Positions 19,699-28,907 of a stretch of DNA of 64,000 nucleotides are shown here, one piece after another. The notes beneath the pieces were generated by a model. It was not told where the DNA came from and searched no databases. It saw nothing but the letters and a program-made list of their open reading frames with translations. Origin of the DNA: an uncultured Gammaproteobacteria bacterium. Lineage in GTDB: Bacteria; Pseudomonadota; Gammaproteobacteria; Xanthomonadales; SZUA-36. The stretch spans positions 292,431-356,430 of the forward strand of contig CAVOGA010000001.1 of NCBI GenBank assembly GCA_963695135.1, given 5' to 3'. Within the stretch, counting starts at the first letter, position 1. Every line of letters starts with the position of its first letter. The translations under genes and the position numbers were made by a program.

Positions 19699-20024
19699 AA
19701 TTTAAGGCCGCCGGCCCCCGCTTACAATCCGCCAGGGCGCAAAACGCCGCCTTTTTATCGCTTTTTCGGCCGGCACACGGGCCAATGGTGACAATTTCTG
19801 TCACCACGCCGCCCCAAAAAGTCAGCTTTCGCGCATCGCCAGGTTATGCGCTGACGCGATTAATTCATAATAAGTTATATTTTTCAGTCGGTTATGGATT
19901 CTTTCCAAATGTGGCATCATTTTTGTATTTATATACCTGCCAGCGACGATGGTCTGCCCGATTCAGCCTTCGCTGTTGGTAAGAGAAGCCAGCTTTCTGC
20001 TTCAAGGCCCCATGGTTGCTGGGC

Positions 20025-20366
20025 CGCCACAAGGGAACTTCCGCTGGTTCCCCGGCACGCAGAAAGTTCGGACCGAATCTTCACTGTGGAAAGGACTCCG
20101 CATTGCCAGACGCGCGGAACCAGGGAAGATAAGCCGAGGGGGGGTAAGGACGCCCGTTCAGACCCCCCGGCACTCCGCCCACCATGCCGCCCACCCGCGG
20201 CACGGTGGAGGCCTCTCACCGAATATCCCAAGGACAGCTTGGGGGTTAGGTGTCTGTGACCGGTCTGCAGGGGGAATGCGACCGGTCACGACCTAGGGGA
20301 ATGTGGCCGGATGCCTATCCAGCCACATTTTTGAAAAGACCCGCGGATGCCGGGTCTTTTCTTTTT
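20025..20366 (+). ncRNA. candidate CsrA/RsmA-sequestering sRNA (CsrB/RsmY/RsmZ-like); 5' end undefined
   Basis: Protein-free gap. 13 GGA triplets on the plus strand between 20034 and 20347, several in loops of clear hairpins (20227-20243, 20256-20289, 20300-20329, 20334-20360). Ends in a hairpin plus T-tract. Confidence 0.4.
20334..20366. terminator. bidirectional intrinsic terminator
   Basis: AAAAGACCCG / CGGGTCTTTT stem with loop cGGAtgc. Followed by CTTTTT on the plus strand and by TTTTCAAAAA on the minus strand, downstream of the NYN gene. Confidence 0.7.
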
Positions 20367-20426
20367 CCGGCGTTCTAAACTTGACTCTGCCGGGCTGATC
20401 CAGCGCGCTGGCGCCCGTTCCCGACC

Positions 20427-21270
20427 CTAATCGTTGTTGTAGTCGGTAATGATAAAGCCGCCTGACTTGCTGTCGTGCTCCAGCTTGAGCAGATCGCGCT
20501 TTTCCATTTCCGCCAGCAGCAGTCCCGAAGGACTTGAAGCCGTGATAGCTTTCGCTGAATGAGGGTTTGCGGCGCTTGATGGCCTGCTTGACCATCGAGC
20601 CCCAGACATTGCTTTCCTCGCCACGCTCGCTGGTAATATCGTCCAGCGTTTCCAGCACCAGGTCGAAGGCCTGCTGCTGCCGCTCCTCGGCGCCGCGACC
20701 ACTCCCTCCGGCACCGCTGGCACCGCCCGCATTGCTCTCCTTGGCGCTGGTGTCATTTTTCTTGGGCTGATTCTGCTTCTTGGGCTTGCGCTGTGCCGCC
20801 TTGCGAACGATGTCCTCGTAGTAGATGAACTCGTCACAGTTGGAAATCAGCAGGTCCGAGGTGGATTCCTTGACGCCGATTCCGATCACGATCTTGTTGT
20901 TTTCCCGCAGCTTGGAAACCAGCGGTGAAAAGTCCGAGTCGCCGGAAATAATCACGAACATGTCCACGTGGGACTTGGTGTAACACAGGTCCAGCGCATC
21001 AACGACCATGCGAATGTCCGCGGAGTTCTTGCCGGACAGGCGCCGGTGCGGAATGTCGATCAGCTCGAACGACGCCTCGTGCATGTCGCGCTTGAAGTCC
21101 TTGTAGCGCTCCCAGTCACAGTAGGCTTTCTTGACCACGATGTTGCCCTTGACCAGCAGCCGTTCCAGCACCTCCTGGATATCGAAGCGGGCGTAGCGGG
21201 CGTCGCGTACGCCCAGGGCGATGTTTTCGAAATCACAGTACAGCGCGAGGTTGTTCGTGCCAGTGCTCAT
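20427..21270 (-). pseudogene. NYN (LabA-like PIN) nuclease domain plus OST-HTH/LOTUS domain protein, one frameshift
   Basis: N-terminal NYN domain (ALYCDFENI...FVIISGDSDFSPLV); low-complexity linker; OST-HTH (VWGSMVKQAIKRRKPSFSESYHGFKSF). Continues in another frame (LLLAEMEKRDLLKLEHDSKSGGFIITDYNND*, stop 20427). The shift sits at a GGG/CCC run near 20530. Confidence 0.8.
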
Positions 21271-21409
21271 ATCAGGTTTGCCTTTGTGTTTCGACGATCA
21301 TTGGAATATGCCCATTCTAGGGGATTACGGCACCGCCCGAGGTCAAAAGCGCGGCGCAAGCCGGTTAAATGAGGACACCGACCTCACGGCAAAGGGCTAA
21401 GATGCGCCG

Positions 21410-22405
21410 ATGACTGACAACATCGACAAGGCGCCGTATTACCAGCTGGGCCCCGACCAGGTGATTCAGGCCGTGGAATCCCTCGACCTGCTCTGCGATG
21501 GCCGGCTGCTCGCCCTGAACAGCTACGAGAACCGGGTCTACCAGGTCGGCCTCGAGGAGGCCGCACCGCTGATCGCCAAATTCTACCGGCCGGCGCGCTG
21601 GAGTGACGAGCAAATCCTCGAGGAGCACGAGTTTGCCCTGCAGCTGGCGAAGGCGGAGATTCCGCTGGTTCCGCCCCTGCTGATCAACGGCGCGACGCTG
21701 CATCATTACGAAGGCTTCCGCTTTGCCCTGTTCGAGCGCCGCGGCGGTCATGCCCCGGAACTTGGCGACCGGGATACGCGCCTGTGGCTGGGCCGCTTCA
21801 TGGGCCGGATTCACGCGGTCGGCGCGAGCCAGCCGTTCAAGTATCGCCCGGCCCTCACGCCGGCGCGCTTTGGGCAGGAGTCTATCGACAGCATCCGGGC
21901 CGGTCGCTGGCTGCCGGCGCACCTGGAAACCGCCTTTGACAGTCTTGCCAGGGACCTGATGATCGCCATCGAGGCGGCCTGGGCCAGGGCCGGCGACTTC
22001 CGCTCAATCCGCCTGCACGGGGATTGCCACGTCGGCAACGTGCTGTGGCGCGACGGCCCGTTTTTCGTCGACCTGGACGACTGCCAGTCCGGGCCTGCAG
22101 TACAGGACCTGTGGATGTTCCTGTCCGGCGAGACCCCGGAAATGGCGATTCAGATGAAGGACCTGCTGGAGGGCTACAAGGAGTTCTGCGCTTTTGACCA
22201 CCGGCAACTGCAGCTTATCGAGGCGCTGCGCACGCTGCGTATGCTGCATCACGCGGCCTGGCTGGGGCGCCGCTGGGAAGACCCGGCTTTCCCGCAGGCC
22301 TTTCCCTGGTTTGGCGAAGGGCGTTACTGGGAAGACCTGGTGCTCGGCCTGCGTGAACAGCAGGCGCGGCTGCAGGAGCCCGCCCTGGAACTGCCCTGGG
22401 ACTGA
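21410..22405 (+). CDS. srkA: stress response kinase A (YihE/RdoA-like Ser/Thr kinase)
   Basis: 331 aa; APH/kinase fold; catalytic loop IRLHGDCHVGNVLW; DLDD. Confidence 0.88.
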   Translation: MTDNIDKAPYYQLGPDQVIQAVESLDLLCDGRLLALNSYENRVYQVGLEEAAPLIAKFYRPARWSDEQILEEHEFALQLAKAEIPLVPPLLINGATLHHYEGFRFALFERRGGHAPELGDRDTRLWLGRFMGRIHAVGASQPFKYRPALTPARFGQESIDSIRAGRWLPAHLETAFDSLARDLMIAIEAAWARAGDFRSIRLHGDCHVGNVLWRDGPFFVDLDDCQSGPAVQDLWMFLSGETPEMAIQMKDLLEGYKEFCAFDHRQLQLIEALRTLRMLHHAAWLGRRWEDPAFPQAFPWFGEGRYWEDLVLGLREQQARLQEPALELPWD

Positions 22406-22422
22406 GGATTGAGCCCGGATAC

Positions 22423-22653
22423 TCAGTAGTGCGGGGGAATCTCGTGACCCGCGTCCGTCGCGCCGGGCGATATATCCCGCAACTCGGCCAGCCGCATGGC
22501 CAGCGCCTTGAGCTGGCTCTTGAGCTGCAGGACTTCCTGGTCCTGGCGGGCGACCGTGTCATCAAGCCGCCGCAGCAGCTCTTCCTGGAACGCCACCTGG
22601 GTCTCCAGTTCGTGAACGCGGGACTCCAGAACGCGCACTGCGTCGCCACTCAC
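22423..22653 (-). CDS. slyX: SlyX family protein
   Basis: GTG 22653 overlaps the VOC stop (GTGA). Coiled coil LESRVHELETQVAFQEELLRRLDDTV ...; C-terminal PPHY as in SlyX. Confidence 0.8.
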   Translation of the reverse strand: MSGDAVRVLESRVHELETQVAFQEELLRRLDDTVARQDQEVLQLKSQLKALAMRLAELRDISPGATDAGHEIPPHY

Positions 22654-23066
22654 TCGCCCAGATCCTCGGGAATGGTCGTGGGCGGCTCCCACAGCTCCAC
22701 GCGGTTGCCGTCCGGATCCTCGAACCAGCCGAAGCGCCCAAAATCCGCCTCTTCCCGCTCCGGGAGGACGATGCCGCCGGCACGGCGGACCCGCTCCAGC
22801 GCCGCATCCAGCTCATCAACCACCAGGTTGATCATGAAGCCCTGGCCGGAAGGGCCAAAATATTCCGTATCCTTGGCAAACACGCTCCAGACCGTGAAGG
22901 AATTTTCCGGCATGTCCGCCGGCGCAAAGCTGGTCCCCCGCGTATCCCCGTAGGCCTCCACCTCTATCCCCAGGGTGGCCTGGTACCAGCTTGCCAGTCG
23001 CGCCGGATTGGCTGAGCGAAAAAACACACCGCCAACCCCCAATGCCCTGCCTTTTGTCTCCGCCAT
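22650..23066 (-). CDS. VOC (glyoxalase/bleomycin-resistance) family protein
   Basis: 138 aa; paired beta-alpha-beta-beta-beta modules (GVGGVFFRS ... FEDPDGNRVELWE). Confidence 0.85.
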   Translation of the reverse strand: MAETKGRALGVGGVFFRSANPARLASWYQATLGIEVEAYGDTRGTSFAPADMPENSFTVWSVFAKDTEYFGPSGQGFMINLVVDELDAALERVRRAGGIVLPEREEADFGRFGWFEDPDGNRVELWEPPTTIPEDLGE

Positions 23067-23203
23067 GCTGATCTCCGGGAAATGAATTCGGGCTCATTCT
23101 AACCCAGGGTGGTCGCGTGGCCTTCAAGACCCGGCCACCGGCGCTTGCGCCGAAACGCTTCAGGCGCAATAGTTGACAGCGGACAGAAAAGGACTCCCCA
23201 GCC

Positions 23204-25306
23204 ATGCGCCATCTCGCCCTGCTAGTGCCACTGACCCTAGGCCTGACCTCCATGACCGCAACTGCCGACCTGAACCAACAACCGCTGCCGGATCCCAACC
23301 AGGACCCCTATCTCTGGCTTGAAGATGTCGAGGGCGAGGAAGCCCTGGACTGGGCCCGCGCGCGCAACCAGGAGACCCTCGCCGTGCTCCAGGCGCAGCC
23401 CGAATATGAGGAATTTTTCGAGAAGAACCTGGCGGTCTACGATTCCGAAGAACAGATCGCCAACCCGACCATCCGTGGACAGTACGTGTTCAATTTCTGG
23501 CGCGATGCGAACAACGAACGGGGCCTCTGGCGCCGGACCACGACTGCGGAGTACCGCAAGGACCAGCCCGAGTGGGAGGTGCTGATCGACCTGGATAAAC
23601 TGGCCGAAGAAGAGGGCGAGAACTGGATCTGGGGCGGCGCCTCCTGCCTGCCACCGGCCAACGAACACTGCCTGGTTTCCCTGTCGCGTGGCGGGGCGGA
23701 TGCCGCGGTTATCCGCGAATTCAATGTCAACGAGCGCCGCTGGGTGGCGGACGGCTTCAATCTGCCCGAGGCCAAGGGTGGCGCCGTTTTTGTCGACCGG
23801 GACACGGTCTTCGTCAGCACTGACTTTGGCCCCGGCACGATGACCGCGTCGGGCTACCCGCGCATCGCGAAAATGTGGAAGCGCGGCCAGCCGCTGGAAG
23901 AGGCCACCACGCTTCTCGAGGGCACAACGGAGGACATCGGGGTATTTGCTACCGTCATTCACACACCGGAACGGGACTACCCGATGGTGATCGTGGCGCC
24001 CACGTTTTTCACGAACGATTACTACCTGCGTGAAGGGGATCAGCTTCGCCGCCTGGACCTGCCCCAGGACGCCGACATCGAGGCGATCTTCAAAAATCAG
24101 CTGCTCGTCGGCCTGAAATCTGACTGGCAGCGGGACGGCCAGAGCTGGAAGCAGGGCAGCCTGGTCAGTATTGACGTGGACGAACTGCTGGCCGGCGAAG
24201 GGCAGGTCAAAAAAGTCTACGAGCCCGATGCACGTTCCTCGATTTCCAGCGTCAGCCGCACCCGCGACCTGGTGCTGATCAACCGCATGGAAGACGTGCG
24301 CAACCGGCTCGATGCCTACTCCCTGGTTAACGGGGAGTGGACCTCACGCGCGCTGGACGCGCCCACCATGGGCCGTATCGACGTTCGTCCGACCTCGGAA
24401 GACAGCAACTTTTTCTACTTCAGCTACACCGACTTCCTGAACCCCACGACCCTGTTCGAAGCCGAGGGCGTCAGCAAGCCGACGGTTGCGAAATCCCTGC
24501 CGGCGTTTTTTGACGCCAGTCCCTACGAGGTGCAGCAGCAGTTCGCGACCTCGGAAGATGGTACCCGCGTGCCCTATTTCATCGTGGCGCGAAAGGATCT
24601 GGAAAAGAACGGCAAAAACCCGACACTGATCTATGCCTACGGCGGTTTCGAAGTATCCCAGCGCCCCAGCTACTCGGCCACGATCGGTATTGACTGGCTG
24701 GATGAAGGCGGGGTCTACGTGCTGGCGAACATTCGCGGCGGCGGTGAGTACGGTCCCCAGTGGCACCGCCAGGCGCAGCGGGAAAATCGCCAGAAATCCT
24801 ACGATGACTTCTACGCGGTCGCGGATGCTGTCATCGCCGACGGCATTACTTCCCCGCGTCACCTGGGCATTCGCGGGGGCAGCGGCGGCGGTCTGCTCGT
24901 TGGCATGCTCTTCACCCAGCGGCCGGACCTGTTCAACGCGGTGGTGTGCCAGGTGCCACTGCTGGACATGTACCGCTTCGACAAGCTGCTCGCCGGCGCC
25001 AGCTGGGTAGAGGAATACGGCGACCCGGACAATCCGGAAGACTGGGTCTGGCTGCAGAATTACTCGCCTTACCACCAGGTCCGGGAGGGCGTGGATTACC
25101 CGCGCGTCTTTTTCACCACCTCCACGCGCGACGACCGGGTGCACCCGGCCCACGCGCGCAAAATGGTGGCCCGCATGCTCGACCAGGGGCATGAAGTGTT
25201 CTACTACGAGAACATCGAAGGCGGCCACGGCGGCGCGGCCAATAACCGCCAGGGCGCCATGGTGCAGGCGCTGACCTACACCTACCTGTTGCAGGAGCTG
25301 CGCTGA
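23204..25306 (+). CDS. prolyl oligopeptidase family (S9A) serine peptidase, secreted
   Basis: 700 aa; signal peptide; beta-propeller region; catalytic domain with nucleophile elbow GIRGGSGGGLLVG; DDRV; GGHGG. Confidence 0.9.
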   Translation: MRHLALLVPLTLGLTSMTATADLNQQPLPDPNQDPYLWLEDVEGEEALDWARARNQETLAVLQAQPEYEEFFEKNLAVYDSEEQIANPTIRGQYVFNFWRDANNERGLWRRTTTAEYRKDQPEWEVLIDLDKLAEEEGENWIWGGASCLPPANEHCLVSLSRGGADAAVIREFNVNERRWVADGFNLPEAKGGAVFVDRDTVFVSTDFGPGTMTASGYPRIAKMWKRGQPLEEATTLLEGTTEDIGVFATVIHTPERDYPMVIVAPTFFTNDYYLREGDQLRRLDLPQDADIEAIFKNQLLVGLKSDWQRDGQSWKQGSLVSIDVDELLAGEGQVKKVYEPDARSSISSVSRTRDLVLINRMEDVRNRLDAYSLVNGEWTSRALDAPTMGRIDVRPTSEDSNFFYFSYTDFLNPTTLFEAEGVSKPTVAKSLPAFFDASPYEVQQQFATSEDGTRVPYFIVARKDLEKNGKNPTLIYAYGGFEVSQRPSYSATIGIDWLDEGGVYVLANIRGGGEYGPQWHRQAQRENRQKSYDDFYAVADAVIADGITSPRHLGIRGGSGGGLLVGMLFTQRPDLFNAVVCQVPLLDMYRFDKLLAGASWVEEYGDPDNPEDWVWLQNYSPYHQVREGVDYPRVFFTTSTRDDRVHPAHARKMVARMLDQGHEVFYYENIEGGHGGAANNRQGAMVQALTYTYLLQELR

Positions 25307-25330
25307 GCGGGCGCAGCGCCCCGGTAACCG

Positions 25331-26068
25331 TCAGTCGCCGAAAACGTCCCGCAACATGAGCTGCATATGGGACCAGGCGGCAGCCTCGGCCAGCGCGTTG
25401 TACGCCAGGGGCAGGCCGTAGGTCTGCCCCTTTTCCGTGGCCGCCGGATTGGAGAATCCGTGCAGGGCGCCAGGCAGCTGCACCAGGTAGTAGTGCGCAT
25501 CGACCTTGCGCATTTCCGCCTCGAAGGCCGCGATGTCCTGCGCCGGCACAAGCACATCCTGCTCGCCGTTATACGCCGCGACCCGTGTGCTGATCCGGTC
25601 GGGGCCTTCGGTAACCGCCAGCCCCAGGCTGCCGTGAAAGGAAGCCACCACGTCCAGTGGCACGCCGGCGCGGGCCATGTGCGTGACCACACCGCCGCCG
25701 AAGCAGAAGCCGATGGCGCCGCAGCGTTTTGCATCAACCCGGTCGTGGGCCCTGGCGGCGTCCAGCGCCGCCTCGAAGCGCCGTCGCGTCGAGGCCATGT
25801 CGTTAATCAGGGCGGTCATCAATGCGCCGGCCTCGTCCGGGTTGCCGGCCTCGCGGGCGTCGCCATAGAGGTCAAGCGCCAGGCCGACATAGCCCATCGC
25901 AGCCAGCTGCTCGGCGCGGCCGCAGGCATAATCGTTGCGGCCCCACCACTCGGGCGCAACAATCACTAACGGCCGCGGGCCGGCCTGCCGCTCATCAAAT
26001 GCGACGTGACCGTGCATGAGGATGCCGTCAGCGCTGTATTTCAGTGTCTCCGTACAAATCTTTGCCAT
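25331..26068 (-). CDS. dienelactone hydrolase family protein
   Basis: Start at ATG 26068 (MAKICTETLKYSADG). Cys nucleophile motif GAIGFCFGGG; C-terminal His (GALHGF). Confidence 0.88.
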   Translation of the reverse strand: MAKICTETLKYSADGILMHGHVAFDERQAGPRPLVIVAPEWWGRNDYACGRAEQLAAMGYVGLALDLYGDAREAGNPDEAGALMTALINDMASTRRRFEAALDAARAHDRVDAKRCGAIGFCFGGGVVTHMARAGVPLDVVASFHGSLGLAVTEGPDRISTRVAAYNGEQDVLVPAQDIAAFEAEMRKVDAHYYLVQLPGALHGFSNPAATEKGQTYGLPLAYNALAEAAAWSHMQLMLRDVFGD

Positions 26069-26251
26069 CTCAAGCTCCCAGTCCGGCCCTGCAGCCGCGC
26101 AAGCGGCTATCACCGGTCCGCTGTTCAATATTGATAATCCTGGATGCACATGACCCGCTGCGGGCGCGCCGCTACACTGGGGCCCATGTTGCGTCGCAGG
26201 GCGCTTGCCCCAAGATAGCAAAGCATTACCCATTATTCACAGGACAAACCA

Positions 26252-26668
26252 ATGAGCGACTTTATGCAGTCTCCCGGGCGGGAGCAGGACATAGAAATGG
26301 ACGCCGGCAACCTCTGCCGCGAAGAGATTTACACGGACAGCCGCATTGGAACCGTGCGTTGCCTTATTCCCGTCACCGTCGCCGGCGAGACGGACCCGGA
26401 GCGCGAGGTGCAGTACATCGGATCCACCCAGATCATGACGCCCGCCGGCGCACTGCCCCTCAACTTTGAGCTGCCCAACGAGTCGCTCGCCGCCGCGGTT
26501 GCCGGCTTCGGTGCAGCCGCCAGGGAAGCGGTGGAACGCACCATGGAAGAACTCAAGGAGATGCAGCGCCAGGCCGCCTCGCAGATCGTGGTGCCGAAAG
26601 GCGGCATGGATCCAGGCAGCATGGGCGGCATGGGTGGCATGGGCGGCGGCGGCATCCAGATGCCGTAA
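26252..26668 (+). CDS. hypothetical cytoplasmic protein with GroEL-like Gly-Gly-Met C-terminal tail
   Basis: 138 aa; no TM or signal; tail GGMDPGSMGGMGGMGGGGIQMP. Confidence 0.65.
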   Translation: MSDFMQSPGREQDIEMDAGNLCREEIYTDSRIGTVRCLIPVTVAGETDPEREVQYIGSTQIMTPAGALPLNFELPNESLAAAVAGFGAAAREAVERTMEELKEMQRQAASQIVVPKGGMDPGSMGGMGGMGGGGIQMP

Positions 26669-26672
26669 GGTC

Positions 26673-27545
26673 ATGCGGTTCAAGGCACAGCTGATTCTGG
26701 CCCTGGCCCTGCTGCTCGCGGGGCCGGCAGCGTCGGCCCAGGACGGGCTGACCTGGCGGCAGGTGCCGCCGGAGAACCTGGTCTTCATCGGCATGCGTGA
26801 AGGCGAGATCGTGCTTGAGCTCAACCCGGTGTTTGCGCCGGAAACCGTGGAGCGTTTCCTGCAGCTGATTCGCGAGGACTTTTATCGCGGCATGAGCTTT
26901 TACCGGGTGATCGAGGGCTTTGTCGCGCAGGCCGGACCAGGCGAGGACATTGTCCTGGGCGAGGAAGATATGTTGCCTCCCGAATTCCAGCTGGACTGGG
27001 ACCCGGAGCTTCCCTGGGTGTCCGTTCAGCGCGACGACCTGTTCGCCCCGGAGACCGGATTCATCGATGGATTCCCCGCCGCGCGTAACCGTGACGAGGT
27101 CTGGCTGACGCACTGTCCCGGCGCCGTGGCCATTGCCCGGGGCAATGAGCCGGGCTCCGGCGCCAAGGATTTTTACATCGTTATCGGCCAGGCGCCGCGC
27201 TACCTGGACCGGAACCTGACGATCTTCGCCCGCGTCATCAATGGCATGGATACGGTTCAGCGGATCCAACGTGGCGCCATTGAAGACAACGGCATCATCG
27301 CCAACGACCTGGCCCGCAGCCGCATCGGTCGGATGCGCATTTATGACCAGCTGGAGGAGGAAGAGCGCCGGGATTTCTATGTCATGGATACCAGCAGCCG
27401 CGGATTCCGCACGCTGATGAATGAGCGCAAGAACCGGAACCAGGACTTTTTCATCAACCGCCCCCCGCGGGTGCTCGACGTCTGCCAGATTCCGGTACTG
27501 ACCCGGGTAGAGCAGGTCCCCGCCATGACCCGGATTATCGAGTAA
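26673..27545 (+). CDS. cyclophilin-type peptidyl-prolyl cis-trans isomerase, periplasmic
   Basis: ATG 26673 gives MRFKAQLILALALLLAGPAASAQ (signal peptide). Cyclophilin core FYRGMSFYRVIEGFVAQAG. Confidence 0.85.
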   Translation: MRFKAQLILALALLLAGPAASAQDGLTWRQVPPENLVFIGMREGEIVLELNPVFAPETVERFLQLIREDFYRGMSFYRVIEGFVAQAGPGEDIVLGEEDMLPPEFQLDWDPELPWVSVQRDDLFAPETGFIDGFPAARNRDEVWLTHCPGAVAIARGNEPGSGAKDFYIVIGQAPRYLDRNLTIFARVINGMDTVQRIQRGAIEDNGIIANDLARSRIGRMRIYDQLEEEERRDFYVMDTSSRGFRTLMNERKNRNQDFFINRPPRVLDVCQIPVLTRVEQVPAMTRIIE

Positions 27546-27620
27546 TGAGCCTCGCCGGCACGGCCGGGATGATGACGGCGCCGGCGGGTCTATAATTCCG
27601 ACTCGATTTGCGACCCACCC

Positions 27621-28889
27621 ATGAGGAGCCGCCGGATGCGCGTCATGCTTCAACTGCTGTTTGTTCTCCTGATTTCCAGCGGGTCCGCCATGGCGACCGC
27701 GGGCACAGGCAGCGGGGGGATCAATGCGCCGGAGCAGCAAGAGAAGCCCTACGTGGTTCTCGTATCGCTTGACGGGTTTCACCAGGACTATGCAGCACGT
27801 TATCCCACGCCCAATATCCAGCGCTTGCTGGCCTCCGGCAGCCGCGCGGAATCACTGGTTCCGGTCTGGCCGACCCTGACCTTCCCCAACCACTACAGCC
27901 AGGTTACCGGGCTGACGCCGGCGCAACACGGGCTGGTGGGCAACGAGTTTCCGCTGCGACCCGGTGCAGGCTGGTTCGACTACCGCGATCGCGAAACCGT
28001 CAGTAACGGCCGCCTCTATGACGGCACACCGATCTGGGTGCTGGCGGAACAGCAGGGCATGGTCTCCGCATCTTTTTTCTGGGTTGGCAGCGAAGCGGAT
28101 GTGCAGGGCGTTCAACCCACCTACTGGCGCCCTTATGACTACACGGTTTCCCACGAAGTGCGCGTTGACCAGGTCATCGCCTGGTTGCAGGAGCCGGCCG
28201 AGACCCGGCCGCACCTCATTACCCTGTACCTGGGCATCGTCGACGACCGCTCGCACCGTTTCGGCATCGACAGCGATGAAATGATTGCTGCGATCGACCA
28301 GGTGGACCGCTCCCTCGGGCGGCTCATGGACGGTCTTGATGCCCTCCCGATCGCCGGCCAGGTCTACCTGCTGGTGGTTTCCGACCACGGCCAGATGGGC
28401 TACCGGAACGAACCACCGTTCATCCTCGACGAGCACGTGGACCTGGAAGGCCTGGAGATCAACGATGAAGGCCCGGTGGTCTACCTCTGGGGAGCGGACC
28501 CGGAACGCGCCGCCGCCATGGCGCAGGTGATCAACAGCGTATGGACAACGGGCACCGCCTATACCCGCGCCACCGCGCCGCCGGAATGGGGTTTGCCCGG
28601 TAACCCGCGCATGCCGGACCTGGTCCTGCAGGCTGACGCGGGTTATGGCGTCATCCCCAGTGCAGGCGCCACATCCACCCTGTCCATCGGGGACCATGGC
28701 TGGACGCCGGACGTGCCGGAAATGCAGGGTATTTTCTGGGCGCGCGGCCCCGGCATCACGCCGGGTAAAATCATTCCCGCCCTGCACGCCACCGATATCT
28801 TTCCCTTGCTGGTCGGTTGGCTGGGCCTGGAGCCGCCGGCCGGGTATACCCGGATCGCGCCGGTCAACGAACAATTGGAACCCCGCTGA
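27621..28889 (+). CDS. nucleotide pyrophosphatase/phosphodiesterase (alkaline-phosphatase superfamily, NPP)
   Basis: 422 aa; signal peptide; VSLDGFHQDY; TFPNH; VSDHGQMG metal-site motifs. Confidence 0.88.
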   Translation: MRSRRMRVMLQLLFVLLISSGSAMATAGTGSGGINAPEQQEKPYVVLVSLDGFHQDYAARYPTPNIQRLLASGSRAESLVPVWPTLTFPNHYSQVTGLTPAQHGLVGNEFPLRPGAGWFDYRDRETVSNGRLYDGTPIWVLAEQQGMVSASFFWVGSEADVQGVQPTYWRPYDYTVSHEVRVDQVIAWLQEPAETRPHLITLYLGIVDDRSHRFGIDSDEMIAAIDQVDRSLGRLMDGLDALPIAGQVYLLVVSDHGQMGYRNEPPFILDEHVDLEGLEINDEGPVVYLWGADPERAAAMAQVINSVWTTGTAYTRATAPPEWGLPGNPRMPDLVLQADAGYGVIPSAGATSTLSIGDHGWTPDVPEMQGIFWARGPGITPGKIIPALHATDIFPLLVGWLGLEPPAGYTRIAPVNEQLEPR

Positions 28890-28907
28890 GCAGGAGCCCT
28901 GGACCCC

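Noticed and set aside
19975-20005. Possible GacA/UvrY upstream activating box (GGTAAGAGAAGCCAGCTTTCTGC) for the sRNA candidate.
   Set aside because: It does not fit TGTAAG-N6-CTTACA: the second half-site is poor and the spacing is wrong. No usable -10 follows at the expected distance, so it is not claimed.
19785-20296. Three overlapping plus-strand ORFs (65, 121 and 115 aa) and one minus-strand ORF (100 aa) in the ilvE-NYN gap.
   Set aside because: All are rich in Arg/Pro/Gly/Ser/Cys with no hydrophobic periodicity or motifs. They mutually overlap in different frames, so the region is better explained as non-coding structured RNA.
19940-20330. Tested the structured non-coding region as RNase P RNA, tmRNA, SRP (4.5S) RNA or a cobalamin riboswitch, on both strands.
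   Set aside because: I did not find the universal elements. Missing are RNase P GGAAAGUCCGGGC / ACAGAAxCCGGCUUA (only a 9-nt CGGCUUAUC chance match on the minus strand), the tmRNA acceptor/T-arm with ...UCCACCA and a tag ORF, SRP GGUCCGGAAGGAAGCAGCC, and an ordered B12 box. There is also no suitable downstream gene for a riboswitch.
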